Source of the DNA: Kiritimatiellia bacterium | GTDB lineage: Bacteria; Verrucomicrobiota; Kiritimatiellia; RFP12; UBA1067 | Direction: 5' to 3' | Assembly (NCBI GenBank): GCA_050949565.1 | Contig: JBMNFY010000017.1 | Span: 1,792,001 to 1,856,000 of the forward strand | DNA: 64,000 nucleotides | Shown here: in pieces, positions 10,446-18,883 of the stretch | Numbering within the stretch: position 1 is the first letter of the stretch | Layout: each line of letters begins with the position of its first letter | Program-made: the position numbers and the translations under genes | Notes under the pieces: generated by a model | Database searches by the model: none | What the model was told of the DNA's origin: nothing | The model's input: only the letters and a program-made list of their open reading frames with translations

Positions 10446-10598
10446 TTGGTTTCTGGTTTCAAGGTTTCATGGTTTCAAGGTTTCTGGTTTCTGGTTTCAA
10501 GGTTTCAAGGTTTCAAGGTTTCTGGTTTCTGGTTTCAAGGTTTCAAGGTTTCTGGTTTCTGGTTTCTGGTTTCATGGTTTCATGGTTTCATGGTTTCA
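10446..10598. repeat. Short tandem repeat (ggtttct / ggtttcaa / ggtttcat)n
   Basis: About 20 units of 7-8 bp. Confidence 0.9.
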
Positions 10599-10781
10599 TC
10601 CAAATCGGGATCGGGATCGCTATCGGGATCGAAATCGACTGTTGCGCCCACGCAGTGGCTCGCAGCGGCAAGTGTAATGATGGCGGCGATACCGATCCCG
10701 ATACCGATAGCGATATCGATGGTGGCGCAATGGAACCTTGAAACGCATGACCTTCGCACTCCCCTGTCACTAACCGATTGC
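10599..10781. mobile_element. Dispersed ~180-bp element, copy 1 (copy 2 at 21766-21936)
   Basis: atcggg and cccgat inverted arms around a conserved core; ends in cccctgtcactaaccgatt. Confidence 0.75.
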
Positions 10782-10802
10782 GTCAGAAAAACCAACTTCC
10801 GG

Positions 10803-10831
10803 TTGACAGTCGCGGGGGGCTTTGATAAATT
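10803..10831 (+). promoter_or_regulatory. Sigma70 promoter for the small ORF and tRNA-Cys
   Basis: TTGACA-N17-TAAATT with an extended -10 TG. Confidence 0.7.
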
Positions 10832-10842
10832 GCGCCCTCGTT

Positions 10843-10938
10843 ATGGGACAACAACTAAGAAAGCGTGCGAAGCGCCAGCGTCGTATCGCTCGCAAAAAGC
10901 GAATCAAAGAGCGTTTGCGCGCCGGGATGAAGAAGTAG
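10843..10938 (+). CDS. Small basic protein, 31 aa (MGQQLRKRAKRQRRIARKKRIKERLRAGMKK)
   Basis: Translated by hand; lies between the promoter and tRNA-Cys; K/R-rich. Confidence 0.7.
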   Translation: MGQQLRKRAKRQRRIARKKRIKERLRAGMKK

Positions 10939-10951
10939 CCTTTTATCCAAA

Positions 10952-11025
10952 GGTGCGATGGCCGAGTGGTTAGGCAGAGGTCTGCAAAACCTCGAACAGC
11001 GGTTCAATTCCGCTTCGCACCTCCA
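10952..11025 (+). tRNA. tRNA-Cys (GCA)
   Basis: GGTGCGA acceptor stem, GAGGT-CTGCAAA-ACCTC anticodon arm, GGTTCAATTCC T-arm, U discriminator and encoded CCA. Confidence 0.97.
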
Positions 11026-11031
11026 TTTTTG

Positions 11032-11073
11032 AACCGCTGACTTTCGCCTTGGCGTGAAGTGAGCGGTTTTTTT
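11032..11073 (+). terminator. Intrinsic terminator after tRNA-Cys
   Basis: aaccgct...agcggtt stem followed by a T run. Confidence 0.75.
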
Positions 11074-11223
11074 ATTCGCGGGTGCGGCCCGCGACGAAAT
11101 TCTCACACGAAGGCATGAAGGACACGGAAGGGGTTTCTGGTTTCTGGTGTGGCTGTGCCACTCGCGGGATGAAACCTCGCAGCCTTAACACCCAATCGCG
11201 GGCGCTGTCCGCGAAGGAGTAGC

Positions 11224-12606
11224 ATGATCGACGCGGCGTTTGTTAACCATTATTTTGAAACCCACCGGCAGGCGATCCTCGACGACTGGTTTGCATTGCT
11301 GCGTATTCCGACGGTCGGTGCAGACCCCAAGCGGCTGGGCGACTGCGCACGTGCGGCGGCGTGGCTGAAGCAGTTTCTGAAACCGCTGGGTTTTGAAGCG
11401 GAGATCCTGACGCCGGGACGCGGTCTGCCGGTGCCGGTGTTGATCGCGGAGCGGCCGGGACGCGAGGATGCGCCGACAGTGCTCTTTTACGGCCACTATG
11501 ATGTGCAGCCGGAGGATCCGTTGAATGAGTGGCAGACCCCGCCGTTCGAGCCAACACTGATCGATGGCCGTGTCTACGCGCGCGGCGCGCAAGATAACAA
11601 GGGGCAGGTGTTCGGTTTTCTGCAGGGCGTGAAGGCGCTGATCGAAGCGGGCGAGAGCCTGCCGACGATCAAGCTGGTGCTGGAGGGGCAAGAGGAGAGC
11701 GGCAGCTCGGCGCTGAATGACCTCGCGCCGATCTTGAAGCAGCGCCTGAAGGCCGATGTAATGATGGTAAGCGATACGGCATGCGGTCCGGATAATCAGC
11801 CTGCGATCGTAGCAGGTCTGCGCGGAGTGCAGCACTTTACCGTGACGCTGACCGGCCCCGCCTACGATCTGCACTCGGGGGAGCACGGTGGCGTGGCACC
11901 CAATCCGGCACAGGGCATGGCGGCGTTGCTCGCCTCGTTGCATACGGCGGAGGGAGCGATTGCCGTGGAGGGATTCCGCGACCGTGTGCACCATCCCTCG
12001 GAGGAGGAGATGGCGATCGCGCGGCAAGGCATGCTGACGGACGAGCAGTACGCGAGCATAGTCGGCTGTCCGCCTGCAGGTGGCGAACAGGGGCTGGATG
12101 CGGTGGTGCGCGGCTGTTTCGAGCCGACGATTGAGATCAACGGCATCCACTCGGGCTACGGTGGACCGGGCTCGAAGACGGTGATTCCGGCGAAGGCGGT
12201 GGCGAAGCTCAGTACGCGGCTGGTGCCGGATCAGCGGCCGGAGGAGACATTCGCGGCGGTGCGTAAGCATCTCGAAGCGCATTGTCCGCGCGGCATGACG
12301 GTGACGATTTCGGAGGCGTGCGCGGGTGCGCAGGGGTTCCGGTTGCCGCTCAATTCGCCGGTCTTCCGATTGGCGGCGGATGTGTTGGGGCAGATGGACG
12401 CACGTGGCGCGACCTTCCGTTGGGCGGGTGCGTCGATCCCTGTGGTAGCGCGTCTGCATCAGATCACAGGTGCAGCGCCGCTGTTAGTGGGCTTCGGCCG
12501 TGAAGAGGATAAGATTCACTGCCCGAACGAGTCGTTTGGGCTGGATCAGTTCGTGAATGTGATGACATGGTCAGCGTTGATGTTGAAGGCGTTAGCGGAA
12601 TGCTAG
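11224..12606 (+). CDS. M20 family dipeptidase
   Basis: YGHYDVQP, ARGAQDNKG, EGQEESGS, DLHSG and IHCPNE motifs. Confidence 0.92.
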   Translation: MIDAAFVNHYFETHRQAILDDWFALLRIPTVGADPKRLGDCARAAAWLKQFLKPLGFEAEILTPGRGLPVPVLIAERPGREDAPTVLFYGHYDVQPEDPLNEWQTPPFEPTLIDGRVYARGAQDNKGQVFGFLQGVKALIEAGESLPTIKLVLEGQEESGSSALNDLAPILKQRLKADVMMVSDTACGPDNQPAIVAGLRGVQHFTVTLTGPAYDLHSGEHGGVAPNPAQGMAALLASLHTAEGAIAVEGFRDRVHHPSEEEMAIARQGMLTDEQYASIVGCPPAGGEQGLDAVVRGCFEPTIEINGIHSGYGGPGSKTVIPAKAVAKLSTRLVPDQRPEETFAAVRKHLEAHCPRGMTVTISEACAGAQGFRLPLNSPVFRLAADVLGQMDARGATFRWAGASIPVVARLHQITGAAPLLVGFGREEDKIHCPNESFGLDQFVNVMTWSALMLKALAEC

Positions 12607-12612
12607 CGCGCC

Positions 12613-12812
12613 CCACGCACACGGAGGTGCGTGGGCACGAGAGGGAGCCTGGTGCAAGGCGGGCGCAGAGCAGCACCCGCAGTACCGGCAGGATCGGCAG
12701 TGCCGGGACCACGCCACGAGAGGGAGCGGTGTAAACGCCGCCTACAGGACAAGCGACGATAACGATGAAAACTAAAACTAAAACTCTGCGTCTCTGCGTC
12801 TCTGCGTCAAAA
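12613..12812. repeat. Repeat patch shared with 13975-14072
   Basis: cacgcacacggaggtgcgtgggcacgagag, gcagcacccg(c/t)agtaccggcaggatcggcagtgccggg and gcgg(t/c)gtaaa(c/t)gccgc occur on both sides of the next gene. Confidence 0.8.
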
Positions 12813-13974
12813 AAACCGCGCACCGTGCGCTTGGCGTTGGTGCTCGGTGTTGTGCTGAGTGTTTGCGCTAGTGCTGTCGGCGCTGGCAGCGCTGATCAGG
12901 TGCGGCTGGATCTGTTTTTCTCGACGGGCTGCACGGAATGTGAGCGGGTAGAGCAGGAAGTGCTGCCGGAGCTGGAAGAGCTGTTCGATGGGATGTATGA
13001 ACTGGTCCGGCATGATATGTTGCAGGCGGAAACGATCCCGCTGCTGGTGGCCTATCAGGAACGGTGCGACAATCACGATAACGGACGGGTGTCGATCGTG
13101 GTGGATCACACGGTGTTTCTCTCGGGGTATGAGGCGATCGCCGCCGAATTGCTGGAGCGCGTGAATGCGGCGTTAGAGGCGCGACAGGATCCGGCATGGC
13201 GCATGCCGCAAGCACCAGATCTCTCAGAAGACGAGGCGGATGAGGTGGTGCGCCGTAAGGCGAGTGGACTGACCTTTTCGGTGGTGGCCTTGGGAGGTTT
13301 GCTAGACGGTTTCAATCCATGCGCGATCTCGACGCTGATCTTTTTTATGAGCGTTTTGGCGGTGGCGCGTGCGGCACCGCGTACGCGGCTGCTGGTGGGG
13401 ATTTCGTTCATCTCCGCCTCGTTTCTGGTCTACATGGGGCTCGGACTGGGCTTCCTCTATGTGTTCCGTCAGGCGCCGAGTTTCACGACGGTGAAACGGG
13501 TGGTGGAGACCGTGCTGGGGCTCTGCATGATCCCGCTGGCGCTGTTCTCGTTCCGCGATGCCTTCCGGTTCCGTAAGTCGCAGCGGGCGGATGATGTGAC
13601 GTTGCAGATACCCAAGGCGTTCAAGACGCGTATCCACAGACATCATGCGCAGCCGCCTGGGTACGGGCGGATCGATCCTGGGCGGGTTGGTGACAGGCGC
13701 GGGGGTGACGGTGCTGGAGAGCGTCTGCACGGGCCAGAGCTATGTGCCGGTGCTGATGTACATGCTCAAGAAGGACTGTTCCAATTTTTGCGTCTGGCTG
13801 CTGCTGATCGTCTACAATCTGCTCTTTGTGCTGCCGCTGGCGGTGGTCTTTGTCTGTTTTCATCGTGGTATGCAGCTCACGGCGTTGATCGAGTGGAGCA
13901 AGCGCAACCTGGTGGTTGTGAAGATTCTGCTGGGGCTCTTTTTCAGCGCCATGGCAGTGCTGCTGCTCGTATAG
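12765..13974 (+). pseudogene. Thioredoxin-like/CcdA-type membrane protein, frameshifted near 13640
   Basis: CTEC motif and LDGFNPCA in the first frame; ESVCTGQSYVP and LIVYNLLFVLPL in ORF 13645-13974. Confidence 0.8.
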
Positions 13975-14101
13975 CGCGGAGCAGCACCCGTAGTACCGGC
14001 AGGATCGGCAGTGCCGGGGATCACGCACACGGAGGTGCGTGGGCACGAGAGGAGCGGCGTAAATGCCGCTCGCAGAACCAGAAGGTGAGGCGAGACCAAA
14101 A

Positions 14102-14960
14102 ATGAACGACGATGAGTACGCCCTGCTGGATAGCGGCGACGGCCGTAAACTGGAGCGGTTCGGGCGCGTGGTACTGTCGCGACCATGCGCGCAGGCGGTG
14201 TGGAAGCCAACATTGTCGGTCGAGGCGTGGGCGCGCGCGGATGCGACTTTTGACCGAACCGAGGGCAATCAGTGGCACAACCGCGGTGCGCTGCCCGACG
14301 AGTGGACGATCCGCGTGAGCGGAATCACCTTCCGGCTTTCGGGAACTGATTTCGGACATCTGGGAATCTTTCCAGAACAGCGTGCGCAATGGCAGTGGAT
14401 CCGCGACATAGTGCAGCGGGCTTGCGCGGCGCGCGGACGGGCGGTGCGCGTGCTGAATCTCTTTGCCTATTCAGGCGGTTCGACGTTGGCGGCGGCGTTG
14501 GGCGGCGCGGAGGTGTGTCATCTGGATGCCTCGAAGGGCATGGTGCAGTGGGCGCGCGACAACGCCCGGCTGAATGGCTTGGAGGCGCACCCGATCCGTT
14601 GGATCACCGATGACGCGCACAAGTTCCTCTGCCGCGAGGTGCGGCGCGAGCGGCGCTACGATGCGGTGATCTCTGGATCCGCCGACCTTCGGACGCGGCC
14701 AGAGCAACGAACTGTACAAGATCGAGAAGGATCTGCCGGAGACGCTGCGACTCTGTCGCGAGTTGTTATCAGACGCGCCGCTCTTCATGCTGCTCAGTGC
14801 ACACACGCCGGGTTATACGCCGGTGGTGCTGGGCAATGTCTTGGGGCAGGCGGTCGAAGGGCTAGGCGGCGGGATCGAGAGCGGTGAGATGGTGTTGAGC
14901 GGCGCGGAAGGGCGGGTGCTGCCGACGCCGAGCGGCGCGTACGCGCGGTGGCGCGCCTGA
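14102..14960 (+). pseudogene. Class I SAM-dependent methyltransferase (RlmI/K-like), frameshifted near 14672
   Basis: GHLGIFPEQ and VLNLFAYSG; removing one T restores [12 protein letters not shown]. Confidence 0.85.
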
Positions 14961-15096
14961 ACGCGCGCCACCGCGATTTAGGAGTTAGGAGTTAGGATTT
15001 AGGAGTTAGGAGTTGGCACTCACGTCTCATGTCCCTTGTCTCGTGTCGCCCGGCGGCGTAAACGCCGCCTACAGAACTTGAAAGGAAACATAAAGC

Positions 15097-16632
15097 ATGC
15101 TGTCACGGGTTTATTCGGGTGCGGTCTATGGCGTCAATGCCTACGCCGTGGAGATCGAGGTCAATGCGGTTAGCGGTGAGCCGCAATTCGTGATCGTCGG
15201 GCTGCCGGATGCCGCTGTGCGCGAAAGCAAGGATCGCGTCTGGACGGCGATCCACAACGCTGGTTTCCGTCCGATTCCCGGCCGCAATACGGTCAACCTC
15301 GCGCCAGCGGACATCAAGAAGGAGGGCCCCGTCTACGATCTGCCGATCGCGGTGGGGCTGATCGCCGCCACCGGTCAGGCCGAAATGCCGCAGATCGAGC
15401 AGTACGCGATGATCGGCGAATTGGCGTTGAGCGGCGAAGTGCGTCGCGTGCGCGGCGTATTGCCGGTGACGCTGGAGATGCGTCGCCAAGGGATGCGCGG
15501 CATTCTCGTGCCCGCAGACAACGCCGAAGAGGCGGCGGTGGCCGAGGGTATCGATGTCTTTGCGGTGCGTCACCTGCGCGAGGCGGTCGATTTCCTCGCA
15601 GGCAACCTGAAACTGGAGCCCTTCCGTGTGGACATCACTGAGTTGATGGAGCGCGAGCGGCGGCATGTCGAAGACTTTGCAGATGTCAAAGGACAGGAGA
15701 GTGCCAAGCGCGCGATTGAGGTGGCTGTCAGCGGCGGTCATAACATCCTGATGATTGGTTCGCCAGGTACTGGCAAAACGATGCTTGCGCGGCGCATCGC
15801 CTCAATCCTGCCGGAGATGACGTTGGATGAGGCGCTGGAGGCGACGCGCATCCACAGCGTGGCGGGCACCCTCAAGAGCCATCAGGCGCTGGTGCTGCAC
15901 CGGCCTTTTCGCGCGCCGCACCACACGATTTCAGACGCGGGGCTGCTGGGCGGCGGTACGCATCCGCTACCGGGCGAGGTGAGTCTGGCGCATCGCGGTG
16001 TGCTCTTTCTCGACGAACTGCCGGAGTTTCACCGCAATGTGCTGGAGGTGCTACGTCAGCCGCTTGAAGACGGGCGCGTCACGATCGCGCGCGCGGCAGC
16101 CACGCTCGATTTTCCCTCGCGCTTTATTTTGGTCGCGGCGATGAACCCCTGCCCGTGCGGTTATGCCGGCGATCCCAAGCGCGAGTGCCGTTGCAGTTCA
16201 CAGAAAATCCAAGCCTACCGCAACAAGATTTCTGGGCCGCTGCTTGATCGCATCGATATTCACATCGAAGTGCCGCCGGTGCGCTATCACGACCTCAGCT
16301 CGCTGGCGCGCGGCGAATCTTCCGAGGTTATTCGCGCACGTGTGGCGGCCTGCCGCGCGGTGCAGCGCGAGCGTTTCGCGCGTTCGCCGCATGCCGCCTG
16401 CAACGCCGCGATGACGCCACGCGATGTGCAGAACTTCTGCCGACTCGATGGCGATGCCGCCGACCTGCTGAAGATGGCGATGAGCGAGTTGAACTTCAGC
16501 GCGCGCGCCTACGACCGGATCATCAAGGTGGCGCGTACCATCGCTGACATGGCCGGCGCTGAATCGATCGGTGCCGTCCATATATCTGAAGCGATCCAAT
16601 ACCGGTCGCTGGATAGGATGATGTGGACTTAA
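15097..16632 (+). CDS. comM: YifB/ComM Mg-chelatase-like ATPase
   Basis: [31 protein letters not shown] and MNPCPCG motifs. Confidence 0.92.
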   Translation: MLSRVYSGAVYGVNAYAVEIEVNAVSGEPQFVIVGLPDAAVRESKDRVWTAIHNAGFRPIPGRNTVNLAPADIKKEGPVYDLPIAVGLIAATGQAEMPQIEQYAMIGELALSGEVRRVRGVLPVTLEMRRQGMRGILVPADNAEEAAVAEGIDVFAVRHLREAVDFLAGNLKLEPFRVDITELMERERRHVEDFADVKGQESAKRAIEVAVSGGHNILMIGSPGTGKTMLARRIASILPEMTLDEALEATRIHSVAGTLKSHQALVLHRPFRAPHHTISDAGLLGGGTHPLPGEVSLAHRGVLFLDELPEFHRNVLEVLRQPLEDGRVTIARAAATLDFPSRFILVAAMNPCPCGYAGDPKRECRCSSQKIQAYRNKISGPLLDRIDIHIEVPPVRYHDLSSLARGESSEVIRARVAACRAVQRERFARSPHAACNAAMTPRDVQNFCRLDGDAADLLKMAMSELNFSARAYDRIIKVARTIADMAGAESIGAVHISEAIQYRSLDRMMWT

Positions 16633-16671
16633 AGACGTACATCTCATCTCTTTATTATTTTTTTGTGGAGG

Positions 16672-16700
16672 TTGACAGGGACGCGCTTTGAGCGTACACT
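16672..16700 (+). promoter_or_regulatory. Near-consensus sigma70 promoter
   Basis: TTGACA-N17-TACACT. Confidence 0.75.
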
Positions 16701-16731
16701 CATGGGCAGATTCTTTTCAGAGAGGTGGACT

Positions 16732-16881
16732 ATGGGCAAGAAAAAATCAGACGCATTTGTGAAAACATCGAAAAAGCGGTTTGAAGTGGCGGACGCCAGC
16801 GAGGTCAGGCTGGGCGTTGGCGGCAACTTTAGAGCTGAGCAGATCGGTACGCTTGGTGGTACTGGCGGAAACATCGAATAG
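16732..16881 (+). CDS. 49-aa precursor-like peptide
   Basis: GAGGTG RBS; MGKKKSDAFVKTSKKRFEVADASEVRLGVGGNFRAEQIGTLGGTGGNIE; own promoter. Confidence 0.65.
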   Translation: MGKKKSDAFVKTSKKRFEVADASEVRLGVGGNFRAEQIGTLGGTGGNIE

Positions 16882-16916
16882 TTTCTCCCGTGCCGGGCGC
16901 GTGACACGGTCCGCTC

Positions 16917-17795
16917 ATGTCGTACACCTCGTCTACCTTTGACCTGGCGGGTATCCGTTTTATATTTGAAGGTCTGGTTCCGGGCGATTTCAACGTCCAC
17001 TTCCATCAATTTCTCCCCGAGATATCATCCGCGGCGACTGGTCTCAATTGTACTGTCGTGTGCAGCGGTGTGAATCCCGATCTCTGTCGGTTGCGTTCCA
17101 ACGTCGCATGGAATTTTCAAGAGCAAGACGGCGAGGCCTGTCTGACGGGGGCTAATCCTGCCGGTGAGGTGATGTGGCGCATGACTGGTCACGTGCCGTT
17201 TGAGCAGCTCTGTTTCGAGTGGCACCCCACCGCTTTCGATGCGATGTACCGCGATAATAAGAACTGCGGGACTTTCGATGTTGTGGCCGTTCTGGCGCTG
17301 GTGTTGCGCCTGCTGCCGCTCGGCGGGCTGGTCTTGCACGGCTCGGCGCAGGTGATCGACGGTTCGGGCATCCTCTGCACGGGGCCCTCGGGGCGGGGCA
17401 AGAGTACGATCTCGCGACTGTTCCATCAATGCGGCCGGACAGTCTTGACGGATGAGCGCCCGTTCCTGCGTCGCGACGGGGAGGGGTTCAGGGTTTACGG
17501 TTCACCGTGGCCTAGCTCCGGCGGTTTTGTCGCGACCGGGTCTGCCCCGCTGAAAAAAATCTACTTCATTGAGCACGGTCCCGAGCAGGAGATCCTGCCC
17601 CTGACCAGCCGCGAGGCGGTGCTGCGGCTGCTCGACGTGGCGATGGTGCCGTGGATGAACCCGGCGTTCTTCGATCCGATGATTCCGACGTTGGAAGCGG
17701 TGATCCGCGAGGTGCCGTACGCCCTGTTGCGCTTCCGTCCCGACACCTCGGTGGTCGATACCATCTGCCGCGACTTGGCGGGAGAGAGCGAATAA
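16917..17795 (+). CDS. HprK-related P-loop kinase-like protein (ScmC-like)
   Basis: LHGS, GPSGRGKST, LTDE and YGSPW motifs. Confidence 0.75.
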   Translation: MSYTSSTFDLAGIRFIFEGLVPGDFNVHFHQFLPEISSAATGLNCTVVCSGVNPDLCRLRSNVAWNFQEQDGEACLTGANPAGEVMWRMTGHVPFEQLCFEWHPTAFDAMYRDNKNCGTFDVVAVLALVLRLLPLGGLVLHGSAQVIDGSGILCTGPSGRGKSTISRLFHQCGRTVLTDERPFLRRDGEGFRVYGSPWPSSGGFVATGSAPLKKIYFIEHGPEQEILPLTSREAVLRLLDVAMVPWMNPAFFDPMIPTLEAVIREVPYALLRFRPDTSVVDTICRDLAGESE

Positions 17796-17882
17796 CGAAT
17801 AATGAATAGCGAATAGCTGGGCAGGGGTTAACTATTCATTATTCGTTATTCACTATTCGTTCTCTTTGCTATACTTGGCTGC

Positions 17883-18861
17883 ATGAACGGTGCGGGAACT
17901 TTCTGGCGAGTTTGGTTGTGTGCGTGGGGGGCGGTCCTGATAGGCTACGCCGACACACGCGTGGCTGCCGTCTATGAGCCTGCGCCGTTTTCGCATTATC
18001 AGCCTATCCTCGACCGCATGCCTTTTGGTGCGCCGCCGCCGGTTGCCGGTTCCATGAACCCGGAGCAGCTTGAGCAGCAGCGGAGCGAAGAATTGCTTCA
18101 GGCGGAACAACAACAGGTCGCCAAGCAGATCGCGTTCACCGCGCTGAATGTCACGCCCCGGGGACGGACGACGGTGGGATTCGTTGATCGTTCGGTCAAT
18201 CCGCCCGAAAGCTATTATCTGGAGGTCGGTGCCTCGGCGCAGGGCTGGACCGTTGTGGACGCGGATTACAACGCGAACTGGGCGCAGTTTGAAAAAGACG
18301 GCGTGACCATCACCATGCACCTCCACAAAGGGCTGATCGACGGACCGCCTTCGGAAGGCACGAACAACGCTTCGGCATCGCCGCAGGCCTCCGCCAGCCA
18401 CACCGGCGGTGGCCGCATCCGAATCCCCGGCTGTACCGCCGCCGATGGCAGCGAAGCGGCCTTCGGTGCCTGGCCTTGTGCGCCTGCCGAAATCTGCGCG
18501 GACGGCCCCGCAGACCGTGCCGACGCAGACCGCAGCCGCTACGGCCGACGCCGCCGCTGATTCAACGTCTGCTCCCGCCAAGTCCTACCTCGAACGTCTG
18601 CGTGAACGCAAAGCGCAGGAGGCGGCAGACAAGAAGGCAGCCGAAAAAGCTGCGCGTGAAAGCCTTCAGGAACTGGCGCGCAAGGTGGCACAGGATGAAC
18701 TCGCCAAGCGTGAGAAGGAGCAGGCTGAAGCCTTGGAGCAGTTGCGCATACAGCAAGAGCTGCTCCAGGTACAGCAAGAACTTGAAGCCCAAGCGCAACA
18801 GGTGGAACAACCGCCCGACGATGCGCATGCGCAGGAAGCCGAGCCGGAGCACGAGAGATAA
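17883..18861 (+). pseudogene. Exported hypothetical protein with coiled-coil C-terminus, frameshifted near 18395
   Basis: Signal peptide and globular domain in 17883-18560; Pro/Ala linker and SYLERLRERK coiled coil continue in 18409-18861. Confidence 0.65.
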
Positions 18862-18883
18862 GAGATAATTTAGGATTTGGGAT

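Noticed and set aside
10334-10973. ORFs rich in FQGFWFLVS and IGIGIAIGIEID
   Set aside because: Translations of short tandem repeats with no protein signature; one overlaps the tRNA.
10952-11025. Integrative element at tRNA-Cys
   Set aside because: No integrase and no duplicated tRNA 3' end seen in the window.
16732-17795. Complete lasso peptide cluster
   Set aside because: No cyclase, leader peptidase or RRE gene nearby, and no tail after the acidic residue; kept only as a weaker peptide-kinase hypothesis.
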